NCBI GenBank assembly: GCA_965228735.1
Contig: OZ245838.1
Span: forward strand, 6,528,001 to 6,592,000
DNA: 64,000 nt
Direction: 5' to 3'
Source of the DNA: Planctomycetota bacterium
Lineage (GTDB): Bacteria; Planctomycetota; UBA1135; UBA2386
Shown here one piece after another: positions 9,174 to 19,088 of this stretch (its first letter is position 1; the number at the start of each line of letters is the position of its first letter). Position numbers and translations under genes: made by a program. A model generated the notes under the pieces. The model was given only the letters and a program-made list of their open reading frames with translations. It did not search any database and was not told where the DNA came from.

Positions 9174-10592
9174 ATGGCTGCTAGCAACCAGAACAAGCAG
9201 ATGTTGATCATCTGCGGTGTCGGCGCGCTCATCTGCGCCGGTGCCGTCGGCGGGGGCTTCTACGCCCAGGGCGAGATCGAGACGATCGAGAAGACCATCA
9301 CCACCAAGAAGGGTGAGATCGCCGCCGCGGAAGCCAAGATCGTGAAGATCGGCGCCTCCGAGAAGGAAGTGGTGATCCTGCGCGAGAACCTCGACGAGTA
9401 CGTCAAGATCTTGCCGGACGCCGCGGACCTCACGCAGTTCGTCCGCATGCTCAATCGCTTCGAGCAGCAGTCGGGCGGCAAGAGCTCGATGATGACGCCC
9501 AAGAACAGCAAGGGCGGCGGCAAGAAGCGGTTCGCGCTCATCGAGTACTCGTACGAGCTGACGGGCACGCTGTGGGAGATCATGCGGTTCGTCAACCTCA
9601 TCGAGAACTACGAGCGCTTCGTCAACATCTCCGAGTTCTCGATCCAGCCGGCCAACAACCAGGGCTCGGCGAACGAGGAGACCCGCGACGGCAACGCGAT
9701 CCACCGGATCAAGTTGACGATGCAGACCTACCGCTACAACGGTGCGCAGTCGCAGAAGGAAGTCCGCATCGAGGACTACGACGACCTCAAGGAGTCGCTG
9801 CGCGAGGAGATCTTCGCGCGCATGCAGGCGATCCGCATCGAGAAGTACGAGCACAAGGGCCAGCAGGGCCGCCGTGACATCTTCGTCGATCCGCGTCTGC
9901 GCGGCGACGAGGGCATGCAGGGTCTCTCGCCGGCCGAGCAGCGCGTGATCCTCGAGCGCTACATCACCAAGGTGGACAAGCTGCGCGAGATGCTGCGCCG
10001 AGTCCGCCGCGACGACACGACGCTCTTCGAGCAGTACGCGCTCGAGAAGGGCCTGCGCGACGGCCTGCTCGAGCTGCAGGGCGAGATCGACACCGACGAC
10101 AGCAAGATCACCTACACGCCGTTCCGGATGAAGTGGTCGAAGGACGTCGCCGGCGCGGTCGAGGACATTCGCGCCGACTTCGAACAGGGCAAGATCGACG
10201 GTCCGGCGGACCCGTTCCTGCCGTTGCCCGAGATCGAGGCGCTCGTCGCGCAGATGAAGGAGGAGTGCGAGAACGGCTTCCTCGACGACGCGCGCTCGCG
10301 CTACGAACTCGTCGAGGAGCAGCTGCAGGTCCCGGCCGGTGATCCGCGGCACTCGCTCGCCGTCGAGGCGAAGACCCTGCACAGCAAGGCGGTCACCGCG
10401 ATCGACTTCCGCCAGATGGATCTGCGGATCCAGGGCGTGGTCGTGGATCGCACGGGCCGCTCCGGCGTGCTGCTCAACGGCGAGGTCTTCGAAGAAGGCG
10501 AATACGTGAGCGAAGAGCTGCTCATCAAGATGGTCGAAGAGGAGCAGGTCTGGTTCATCTTCCGCGGGCTCACGCTGGTCCGCACGATGTGA
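9174..10592 (+). CDS. PilO-like protein with a long C-terminal extension
   Basis: N-terminal TM, coiled coil, ILP..., F..LIE.YERFVNI PilO-like region; operon position. Confidence 0.7.
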   Translation: MAASNQNKQMLIICGVGALICAGAVGGGFYAQGEIETIEKTITTKKGEIAAAEAKIVKIGASEKEVVILRENLDEYVKILPDAADLTQFVRMLNRFEQQSGGKSSMMTPKNSKGGGKKRFALIEYSYELTGTLWEIMRFVNLIENYERFVNISEFSIQPANNQGSANEETRDGNAIHRIKLTMQTYRYNGAQSQKEVRIEDYDDLKESLREEIFARMQAIRIEKYEHKGQQGRRDIFVDPRLRGDEGMQGLSPAEQRVILERYITKVDKLREMLRRVRRDDTTLFEQYALEKGLRDGLLELQGEIDTDDSKITYTPFRMKWSKDVAGAVEDIRADFEQGKIDGPADPFLPLPEIEALVAQMKEECENGFLDDARSRYELVEEQLQVPAGDPRHSLAVEAKTLHSKAVTAIDFRQMDLRIQGVVVDRTGRSGVLLNGEVFEEGEYVSEELLIKMVEEEQVWFIFRGLTLVRTM

Positions 10593-10734
10593 TTTGGGCG
10601 AGCCGCGGGGGAATCGTCGGCAACGTTAAAGCCCCCGCCCCCCGTGGCTCGATGTAAGACAGAACGTGGCCGGCGCCCCCAATTGCGCCGTTCCGCGGGA
10701 CTCGAAACGCACCCCCGCGTGGGGAAGGAACGAC

Positions 10735-12576
10735 ATGCAGGCAGTGAGTAAAGGGATCTTGGCCGCTCTGGCCAGCTGCGTGGCTCTGAGCCTGCCGCTC
10801 GCGGCACAGGAACAGGGTGGCGAGCAGCAGCAGGGGGACATCACGTCCGGGGCGCAGGCCGACCGCGCCAGCCGGCTGACCCTCAAGCTTCGTGACCGCG
10901 ATCTTCGTGAGATCGTCGCGAGCATTCGTCGCAAGACGAACGCGAACATCATCATGGATCCGGGCATCGAGGCGCCGATCACGATCGAGCTCGCCGACAT
11001 TCATTGGCGGCAGGCGCTCGAGCTGGTCGCCGAGCAGGGTGGCTGCATCGTGCGTGAGCTCGAGGGCGGCATCCTCAAGGTGGAGCAGCCGCCGCCGGTC
11101 TACTTCGCGTTCGAGAACACGGACATCCAGAAGGTGATCGACACGATCGCCAAGATCTCGGGTGCCAACATCGTCGTGAACCCGGACGTCCAGGGGCAGA
11201 TCACGGTCCGCCTCAAGAACGTGCCGTGGCGCCACGCGCTCGACGCCTGCGTCAAGACGCTCGGCTTCGTCGTCGTCGAAGAAGACCGCGGCATCCTGCG
11301 CGTCGTCCCCGCGTCGAACATCCAGCAGGACCTCATCACCGAGCCGATCCAGCTGCGCTTCGTGCGCCCGCAGTCGACCTACGTGCCGTTCATCGACAGC
11401 GAATACATCCTCAACCAGCAGGCCAACGTCCAGCTGCAGCAGGGTGAGATCAACTTCACGCTGCTCGACACGCTGCAGACGATGATCACGCCGAACATCG
11501 GCAGCCTGGAGTACGTCCAGGAGACCAACGTCATCGTGGTCCGCGACACGCGTCCGGTCGTCGAGGCCGTCCGGCGCACGATCGCGATGGTCGACCTCGA
11601 ACCGTCGCAGATCTACCTCGACGTCCGCTTCGTGACGACGAGCAACGAGGACATCCTCGACGTCGGCATCAGCCCCGGTGGTTCGGGCTGGGCGGCCAGC
11701 ATCGGCCTCGGCTCCGTGCCGACGCGCCTGCCGTTCGACCTCGGCAGTGGCGGCTGGGAAGACGAGATCATCGCGAACGACACGGGCACGGGCCCGTTCG
11801 CGACCGACGGACTCAACAGCTCGGCCGGCCTGACGATCCCGAACGTGATCTTCGGCGCGCTCGACTTCACGCAGGTCACCGCGACGCTGCGCCTCCTGAA
11901 GCGCGACTCGCGCAGCGAGATCGTGCAGGCGCCGCAGATCGTCGCGCTCGATCACCAGACCGCGACGATCTTCGTCGGCGAGGCCGTGCGCTACGCGCAG
12001 GCCCGCGTCGAGCAGGGTCAGGCCGGTGGTCTGCTGCTCGCGCTCGAAGAGGGTGACGAGTCGCCGGTGAGCGTCGGCTTCCAGCTGCTCGCGACCCCGC
12101 ACATCGTGCCCGGCTCCGACAAGGTGATCCTCGAGGTCATTCCGAAGCGCACGGCGCTCTCGGGCACCGGCAGCACGACGCTCGCGCCGCCCGGCTTCGA
12201 CGTCTTCACGATCGGCACGAGCAGCTCGGAAGAGGGTCGTATCGCCCTGCCGCGCGTCAGCTCGAGCACGCTCGCGACGACGGTGCTGCTGACGGGTGGT
12301 CAGACCGCGGTGCTCGGCGGCCTCAAGACGAAGAACGAGACCGAGAGCGAGACCAAGCTGCCGTTCCTCGGCGACATCCCGATCCTCGGCCACCTCTTCA
12401 AGAACACGACGCGTCAGGAGACGACGTCGACGCTGCTCGTCTTCATCACGCCGACGATCATCCGCACGACGGACGACATCGAGCGGACGATGAGCGACGT
12501 GCTGCGCGAGAAGACGCGTGACCACCGCTCGACGCTCGCGTCGGAGCGCGAGGCGATCTTCGGCGGCGACAACTAG
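10735..12576 (+). CDS. Secretin (PilQ/GspD family)
   Basis: Signal peptide, repeated N-domains, QAPQIVALDHQTATI, AVLGGL, KLPFLGDIPILGHLFK, LLVFITPTII. Confidence 0.9.
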   Translation: MQAVSKGILAALASCVALSLPLAAQEQGGEQQQGDITSGAQADRASRLTLKLRDRDLREIVASIRRKTNANIIMDPGIEAPITIELADIHWRQALELVAEQGGCIVRELEGGILKVEQPPPVYFAFENTDIQKVIDTIAKISGANIVVNPDVQGQITVRLKNVPWRHALDACVKTLGFVVVEEDRGILRVVPASNIQQDLITEPIQLRFVRPQSTYVPFIDSEYILNQQANVQLQQGEINFTLLDTLQTMITPNIGSLEYVQETNVIVVRDTRPVVEAVRRTIAMVDLEPSQIYLDVRFVTTSNEDILDVGISPGGSGWAASIGLGSVPTRLPFDLGSGGWEDEIIANDTGTGPFATDGLNSSAGLTIPNVIFGALDFTQVTATLRLLKRDSRSEIVQAPQIVALDHQTATIFVGEAVRYAQARVEQGQAGGLLLALEEGDESPVSVGFQLLATPHIVPGSDKVILEVIPKRTALSGTGSTTLAPPGFDVFTIGTSSSEEGRIALPRVSSSTLATTVLLTGGQTAVLGGLKTKNETESETKLPFLGDIPILGHLFKNTTRQETTSTLLVFITPTIIRTTDDIERTMSDVLREKTRDHRSTLASEREAIFGGDN

Positions 12577-12639
12577 CCGCCGCGCCAACTGGCCGGAACC
12601 GAGTCCACCGGCAGCCAGGAACCCCGCGGCAGCTCGACA

Positions 12640-12668
12640 TTGAGCCGCCCGGGGTTCCTTCGTATCAT
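12640..12668 (+). promoter_or_regulatory. Putative sigma70 promoter for the RNase E/G gene
   Basis: TTGAGC-N17-TATCAT, about 315 nt upstream of the TTG start. Confidence 0.45.
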
Positions 12669-12983
12669 CCGGCCGCCTGCCCGGGCCGGGTGAACCGCCC
12701 GGCCGCGGTCGGGCGCGCTTCGACGCCGCCGCCCCCCGCGACGCGCGCGAGCGCTGCGTTGCATTTGCCATGGTTTCCGAGCGCCTCCGCCCCCGCACTG
12801 CCCTGGGTCCCGACTCGCACCTCCGGGTGCGCGCCGGCGGCCGGCGGTTCGGGCCAGAGAGCGCGCGCGGGCCTGGTTGTTTCGAGTTCTCCCTGGTCGA
12901 ACCGAAGTCTGCGGCTGCCACCGGCGCCGCCTGGTCCCAGGGGATCGCCCGTCCGGGCGATCGATACCCCGAGGAAGTTCCCC

Positions 12984-15521
12984 TTGAAGCGGATGCTCAT
13001 CAACGCCATCGATCCGGAAGAAAGCCGGATCGCCGTGGTGGAGGACGGCGTGCTGCAAGAGCTGCACGTCGAGTTGGCCAATCGTGAGGCCTATCTAGGC
13101 AACATCTACAAAGGCAAGGTCGTCAACATCGAGCCCAGTATCGGCGCCGCGTTCGTGGCGTTCGGTGGCCGGGTGAACGGCTTCTTGCACGTCAGTGACG
13201 TTCTGCCGGCCTACGGGCGCCCCGAGTTTCGGCTCGAGGACGTGATCGAGGGCCGCGCCCGGGTCGACGCCGAGGACGGGCCCGAGTCGCTGCAGCAGGC
13301 GCTGGACGACGGCGACGACGCGGATGGTGATGCCGACGAGGCCGACGGCGACGGTGAAGCGGCGTCTGCGGCGAGCGCCGAGGACGGTGACGCGCCGGCC
13401 GCCGATGGTGCCGCGGCCGACGACTCGGCTGGCGACGCCGCTGCTCGCGACGACTCTGGCGACGATCGCGAGCCCGAGTCTGGTGTGGCCGAATCTGGCG
13501 CGGTCGATGCCGATTCGGATGCCGACGACGACGGCTGGGACTTGTCGGCCGGAGAAGATGCCGACGGTGACGCGGCCGACGAGGAGGACGAAGACGACGA
13601 CGTCGAGGTCGAACCCGACGACGCGCTCGAGGTCGAACCCGATGAGGACGATGACGACCTCGGCTTCGGTGACGGCGTCGACGAACGCCCGCTGCTCATG
13701 GCCGCGCGGTCCGAGGATGGCGCGGGCGATGGCGGCGAAGCGGACGATTCGGTCGACCCCGAGACCCGCCCGTTCGCGGCCGCGGCCGGCGAGCCCGAGG
13801 CCGACGGCGACGGCGAGGCGTCGCCGCGCAAGAAGCGCACGCGCCGCAAGCGGACCAAGAAGGCCGAGGCGGACGACGGCGAGGTTGCCGCGGCTGCGGC
13901 CGAAGCGAGCAACGACGGCGGCGCCGAGGTGCGTGACGCGGGCGTGGCGGATGCCGATGCCGGTGCCGATGCGGGCGCCGATACCGACACCGCCGCTGCC
14001 GACACCGCCGATGCCGACAGCGCCGAAGGCGATGGCGAATCGGGCGGTGAACGGCGTCGCGGCGCGCGCAAGAAGCGCAAGAAGGCCAGGTCCGGCGGCG
14101 CCGACGAGGACGAGGCTCCGGCGGAGGCCCAGGAGAGCGGCAAGAAGTCGGGCGCGCCGAAGAGCAAGGACGGCGGCGGCCGTTCGCGGCGCGGCGGGCG
14201 TCGCAACAAGAAGAGCGGCAACGACGGCGGCCGGCCGCGCGCGGCCCGGCCGCGGCTCGCGATCGATCAGCTGCTCAAGAAGGGGCAGGAGGTCGTCGTG
14301 CAGATCACCAAGGAGGGCATCGGCAACAAGGGGCCGACGCTGACGACCTACGTGTCGTTGCCGGGGCGCTGCCTCGTGCTCATGCCGTCCCTGCCGAAGT
14401 GCGGCGTCTCCCGCAAGATCGAGGACGCGCGCGAGCGCAAGCGCCTGAAGAAGATCGTCAAGGGGCTCGACGAAACCGGTAGCGGCGGCATCGGCTTCAT
14501 CGTGCGCACGGCCGGCATCAACAAGAGCCAGGAGGACCTGCAGCGCGACCGCGACTACCTCAACAAGATCTGGGAGCTCGTCGCGCAGCGCCTGCAGGTG
14601 ACGCGCGCGCCGGCCCTGCTCTACCAGGAGTCCGATCTCGTGCTGAAGGCGATGCGCGATCAGTTCACGCGCGACATCGCCGACGTCGTCGTCGACAGCG
14701 AGGACGTGTTCATGCGCATCCGCGACTTCGCGGACAAGCTGATGCCGCACCTCAGCGAGCGCATCAAGTCGCACACGGTCACGACGCCGCTCTTCCATCA
14801 CTTCGGCATCGAGAGCGAGGTCGAGAAGCTCTACCAGCCCAAGATCGACATCAGCAACGGCGCGTCGATCGTCATCGACCAGACCGAGGCGCTCGTCGCG
14901 ATCGACGTCAACTCCGGCAAGTACAAGGCCGGGCACGACAGCGACGACACGGCCTACAAGACCAACCTCGAGGCGATCCCGGAGATCGTGCGCCAGCTGC
15001 GGCTGCGCGACCTCGGCGGCCTGATCATCATCGACTTCATCGACATGATGCAGGAGAAGCACCGCCGCGGCGTCGAACGCAAGATGATCGACTCGCTGCG
15101 CGGCGACCGCGCGCGCATCAAGGTCGGTCGGATCTCACCGTTCGGCATGCTCGAAATCACGCGCCAGCGCGTCGGGCCGGGCCTGAAGCGCACCGTGTTC
15201 ATGCAGTGCCCGCACTGCAAGGGTGCTGGCTGGTCCCGGACGGTGCAGAGCAAGGCGCTGTCTGTCTTGCGCGAGACCCGCGCGCTGCTGCACCTCAAGG
15301 GTTATTCGATCCTGCAGGTGTTCGTCGCGCCGGCCGTCGCCGACTACCTCGTCAACCACAAGCGCCGCGCGATCCTCGAACTCGAGGACGCCGTCGGCAA
15401 GTCGATCGCGTTCAAGCCCGAACAGAGCTACCCGATCGACGTGGTGCACTACCGCTTCATGACGGGCGACGGCCAGGAGGCGCGCGTCGCGATCCCGGCC
15501 GGACTCGGGGTGACGGCGTGA
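12984..15521 (+). CDS. rne: Rne/Rng family ribonuclease with a large low-complexity insertion in the S1 domain
   Basis: TTG start gives (M)KRMLINA..EESRIA; GNIYKGKV, GFLH, VVVQITKE..GNKGPTLT, IDVNSG, LRLRDLGGLIIIDFIDM, CPHC.G.G. Confidence 0.9.
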   Translation: MKRMLINAIDPEESRIAVVEDGVLQELHVELANREAYLGNIYKGKVVNIEPSIGAAFVAFGGRVNGFLHVSDVLPAYGRPEFRLEDVIEGRARVDAEDGPESLQQALDDGDDADGDADEADGDGEAASAASAEDGDAPAADGAAADDSAGDAAARDDSGDDREPESGVAESGAVDADSDADDDGWDLSAGEDADGDAADEEDEDDDVEVEPDDALEVEPDEDDDDLGFGDGVDERPLLMAARSEDGAGDGGEADDSVDPETRPFAAAAGEPEADGDGEASPRKKRTRRKRTKKAEADDGEVAAAAAEASNDGGAEVRDAGVADADAGADAGADTDTAAADTADADSAEGDGESGGERRRGARKKRKKARSGGADEDEAPAEAQESGKKSGAPKSKDGGGRSRRGGRRNKKSGNDGGRPRAARPRLAIDQLLKKGQEVVVQITKEGIGNKGPTLTTYVSLPGRCLVLMPSLPKCGVSRKIEDARERKRLKKIVKGLDETGSGGIGFIVRTAGINKSQEDLQRDRDYLNKIWELVAQRLQVTRAPALLYQESDLVLKAMRDQFTRDIADVVVDSEDVFMRIRDFADKLMPHLSERIKSHTVTTPLFHHFGIESEVEKLYQPKIDISNGASIVIDQTEALVAIDVNSGKYKAGHDSDDTAYKTNLEAIPEIVRQLRLRDLGGLIIIDFIDMMQEKHRRGVERKMIDSLRGDRARIKVGRISPFGMLEITRQRVGPGLKRTVFMQCPHCKGAGWSRTVQSKALSVLRETRALLHLKGYSILQVFVAPAVADYLVNHKRRAILELEDAVGKSIAFKPEQSYPIDVVHYRFMTGDGQEARVAIPAGLGVTA

Positions 15522-15522
15522 G

Positions 15523-17100
15523 ATGAGGGCGCGGTTCACAGCGCGCGCCGCGGTCGGCGCGGCGCTGTGGCCGGGGTTCTGCGTGGCTGTGGCCGCGCAG
15601 GAAGTCGTCGAGTTGCCGTGGCGGGAGACCGCGGACGGGCGGCTGGAGTACCGGGCCCACATTCCGGGCGAGGGCCGCGTGCTCGTCGAGGAATGGCAGC
15701 CGATGTTCCCCGATCTGGTGTCGGAGGAGAGTGGGCTCGACGCGATCGCGAACCTGCCGACCGTCGCGCTCGTGCCGCTCCTGTGCCACGGCGTCGGCGG
15801 CGCGGCGGCGATCGCCGAAACCGACCTCCGGCTCCAGCGGCTCGGTGTGCGGCTCGTTCGGAGCCACGGCTGGATCCATACGCATCTCGAACCGCATCCA
15901 CTGCGGGACCTGCTCGCGGTCTGCTGGCTCGCGGCCTCCGATACGGCGGTGGCTACGTTCGCATTGCGCGACATGGCGGCCCTGTACGGGGTGGACGAAG
16001 GCCGCGGCGAGCGCGAGCGGGACGCATTCGTTCGGGCCGCCGCGGCGGCTGCGCTGATCCGTCGTTCTGCACAACTGCCGGGAGGCCCCGATCTCGCCGA
16101 TGACGCTCGCGCGCTGATTCGTCGACTCGTCGGCGAGCGGTCTGGGAGCGGTTCGCTCCACGACGGCCTCGCCCGGTTGCCGGACGACGCGACGTTCGTT
16201 GGTGGCTTCCACGCCGCGGCTTTCCCCGATTCGACTCCGGTGTTGCGGGCCTGGCGTCAGCTTATTGAACGCCATGCGAGCGAGCACATGCTCGACCAGG
16301 GCGTGCTCTCGCCGGCGCAGCTGCTGATTGCGCAACTGGCCGCGGACTCGCCGGGGCAGCTGCCGTACGAGCTCGCGTCGAGGTTCGGCAACTGGCGCGC
16401 CGACTACGCGCTGTTCGCACGCCGCGGCACGGACGCCGCTCGCTGGTGGTGGTTCGTCGGCGGCAGGTTCCAACCCGACCGGGTGCGGGCCGGGCTCGAA
16501 GCCTCCGGGCTGCGTGACGTGACGTCGAGGGACGGCGTCGTCGAGGCGACCTTCGCGGGCTGGCACGTGCGCGTGAGTTCGACGGCCTTCGAACTCTGGC
16601 AGGGTGACCTCGATGACGTTCCGCGCGGTAGTCGGGTTGCTGAGCTGCATGATCGCGCGAACGAGGGATCGGCTCCGGTCTGGTTGTGGATCGAACCGGA
16701 CTGCCCGGGCGTTCCGCTGACGAACGGTGCGGCCCGGCCGCTGGATGTTCGCGTCGATCCGATCGCAGGTGTGGTGGGGGCGAATGTGACGTTCGCGATC
16801 GAATCGGCCGCTGTCGCGGCGAGCGAGTCGTGGACCAAGTGGCAGACGGGCGCCCGATTCGATCCGGACGAGCGCGCTGACATCGAGGGCCCGTTCACCT
16901 GGCGCCAGGTCGAGGAGGCGCCTCCCGGCCTCGGCGAGATCGGCAAAGGGCGACTGAGCTGGCGTCGTTGCATCACGGCCGTCGAACACGAGCGCGACGG
17001 GGTGAGGCTCACCTGGCAACTCGACCTCACGACGTTCCCGGCCGTCGATCGTTTGCATTGGCTCGCGCCGCCGCTGTCGGATCGGTGGCGCTATCGGTGA
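15523..17100 (+). CDS. Hypothetical protein, possibly secreted
   Basis: 525-aa ORF starting 1 bp after the rne stop; signal-peptide-like N-terminus (AVAAQ). Confidence 0.55.
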   Translation: MRARFTARAAVGAALWPGFCVAVAAQEVVELPWRETADGRLEYRAHIPGEGRVLVEEWQPMFPDLVSEESGLDAIANLPTVALVPLLCHGVGGAAAIAETDLRLQRLGVRLVRSHGWIHTHLEPHPLRDLLAVCWLAASDTAVATFALRDMAALYGVDEGRGERERDAFVRAAAAAALIRRSAQLPGGPDLADDARALIRRLVGERSGSGSLHDGLARLPDDATFVGGFHAAAFPDSTPVLRAWRQLIERHASEHMLDQGVLSPAQLLIAQLAADSPGQLPYELASRFGNWRADYALFARRGTDAARWWWFVGGRFQPDRVRAGLEASGLRDVTSRDGVVEATFAGWHVRVSSTAFELWQGDLDDVPRGSRVAELHDRANEGSAPVWLWIEPDCPGVPLTNGAARPLDVRVDPIAGVVGANVTFAIESAAVAASESWTKWQTGARFDPDERADIEGPFTWRQVEEAPPGLGEIGKGRLSWRRCITAVEHERDGVRLTWQLDLTTFPAVDRLHWLAPPLSDRWRYR

Positions 17101-17220
17101 TGCGGATCGTGTTGCTGGGCTGCATGGAGCGGGACGAGCTTTTCCGACTGCGGAAGTAGGCGTTTACGCAGGCGTCGTTACTCCGCCGACTCCGCGACCA
17201 AGGGTTAGGCTGGCGCCGAC

Positions 17221-17442
17221 ATGGATATCACAGTTTCCGTCGACCAACTGAGTGAATGGGCAGAGTCTTGCCTGCGGATCAACCACTTGAACACACTCGT
17301 TCAGCGCGAACTCGCGGAGGACTCACGGGCGGCCAAACTGAGCGAGAGGGCACGCAGGCGTGCGTGGAGTCTCTTCAACGAGATGGTGGCCACAGGTGCC
17401 AGAAAGCCGCCCGGCTACTGCGAGCCCGACGGCGCTTCATAG
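17221..17442 (+). CDS. Small hypothetical protein
   Basis: 73-aa ATG ORF in a lower-GC patch; no recognised motif. Confidence 0.4.
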   Translation: MDITVSVDQLSEWAESCLRINHLNTLVQRELAEDSRAAKLSERARRRAWSLFNEMVATGARKPPGYCEPDGAS

Positions 17443-17849
17443 CGAGGCGACGCTTTCGCTGCGCCGACGCAGGCGCCGGCCTGTTTGCGGAAACGGGAGG
17501 ATTCGCAGGCGCGGCTTGCGCCAGCGGTGCCGGCATGGAACCCATCAAGACCGTGGGCGGCACAGAGAATGGCGATGCGATCATCGCCACGATTGGCGGT
17601 GATTCAGCTGGCGCTGCTGCTTGGTGTCGGATTGGCCTGCTGACGATTCTCTTCCTGCTGCCTGTGCCCTTCTTCGACCCCTGAGACTCGCCGCGCCAGC
17701 CCAAGCACCTCGACCTGGCGGACAACACGTCGCCGGCCTTCGGCCCGTGGCAGCTGTCGCGTGCCGTTCGTTCTTCGGGACCGAAACTCGCCGTGGCCGT
17801 CCGCGCGCGGTTACCATCGGTTACTTCCCCCCAACCCCCCGGAGACAGC

Positions 17850-19070
17850 ATGCAGATTCGCCAGAAGCCAGTGGCACAAGTGCTGCTCGGCGCTGTCCTC
17901 CTCGCCTGTCCGTCCCTGCTCGCGCAGGATGACCCGGCTGCGGCCGAGTCGATGACGGCGATCGAGAAGGAGTACGAAGCCGCCAGTGAGCAGTGGATGA
18001 AGTCGTATCGTTCCGCTTCGAAGGAGGAGCGGCAGAAGCTCGTCAACGAACGGCCGGACGCCAAGACGTGGCTGCCGCGCGTGCAGCAGATCCTCGCGGC
18101 GCGGCCGCAGTCGGATGACGGCTGCGCGGCGGCGATCTGGGTCGTGCGCGTCGCGCGCGCCAGCGGCAGCGAGCTCGAGAACGCGCTCGACGTCCTCGCG
18201 CAGCATCACCTCGCCGATGAACGGCTCGGCGACCTGATGCTGACGTTGTCGCGCAACCCGGCGCCGGCCGTCGGGTTGTTCCTGACGAAGGCCGAAGCCG
18301 CGGCGGAAGGCGAGATGCTCGCCAAGGTCTGCTTCGCCCACGGCTCGCACCTCAAGTCGGCCGCGGGTCTGGCGAACCGGATGGCCGGCGCCAGCGACGA
18401 GGAGAAGACGCAGTACGCGGGCTTCTACGGTCGCCAGACCGTGGACGTGCTCGCGGAGGCGGACGCCAGCGAGTTCGAGAGCCGCGCGGTGAAGTACTTC
18501 GAACGGATCCTCGCCGACGATGCGATGCGCGCGGTCGAGTACTACCGCGGCACGATGGGCGAAGCCGCCGAGGGCAACCTCTTCGAGCTGCAGCGTCTGG
18601 CGATCGGCAAGGTCGCGCCCGACATCGTCGGCGAAGACATCGACGGCGTGCCGATGAAGCTCAGCGACTACCGCGGCAAGGTCGTCGTGATCGACTTCTG
18701 GGGCGATTGGTGAGGCCCGTGCCGGGCCATGTACCCACACGAGCGGTCGCTCGTGAAGCGTCTCAGTGACAAGCCCTTCGCGCTGCTCGGCGTCAACTCC
18801 GATCGCGATCGCGAGAAGATCAAGCAGATCATCGAAGAGAAGGGGCTGACGTGGCGTTCGTTCTGGAACGGCGGCAGCACCAGCGGGCCGATCTCCACCC
18901 GCTGGAACGTGCGCGGTTGGCCGACGATCTACGTCCTCGACGAAGAGGGCGTGATCCGGTTCAAGAACGTGCGCGGTGAAGCCATGGACCACGCCGTCGA
19001 CTCGCTGCTTGCGAAGCTCGAGGCGAAGTCCGGCGCCGCTGGCGATCAGAAGAGCGGCGGCGAGCGGTAG
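17850..19070 (+). CDS. Secreted TlpA/ResA-like thioredoxin-fold protein, probable selenoprotein (in-frame UGA at 18711-18713)
   Basis: Two in-frame ORFs join as GKVVVIDFWGDW-UGA-GPCRAMYPHERSL, placing UGA at the first Cys of the CxxC motif; hairpin downstream; signal peptide. Confidence 0.85.
18714..18755 (+). promoter_or_regulatory. Putative bacterial SECIS element
   Basis: GGCCCG-tgc-CGGGCC directly after the UGA, then CACGAGC-GGTC-GCTCGTG hairpin (18738-18755) with a G-starting loop 31 nt from the UGA. Confidence 0.6.
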
Positions 19071-19088
19071 CTCGCCCGCGCGGCATGT

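Noticed and set aside
17203..17460. GTTAGGC before a small low-GC ORF, resembling an integron cassette core site
   Set aside because: No matching RYYYAAC inverse core or attC hairpin after the ORF, and no integrase nearby.
18711..18713. UGA as a simple pseudogene-forming nonsense codon
   Set aside because: It falls exactly on the redox Cys position, both halves are intact and in frame, and a SECIS-like hairpin follows; Sec recoding is preferred though unproven.
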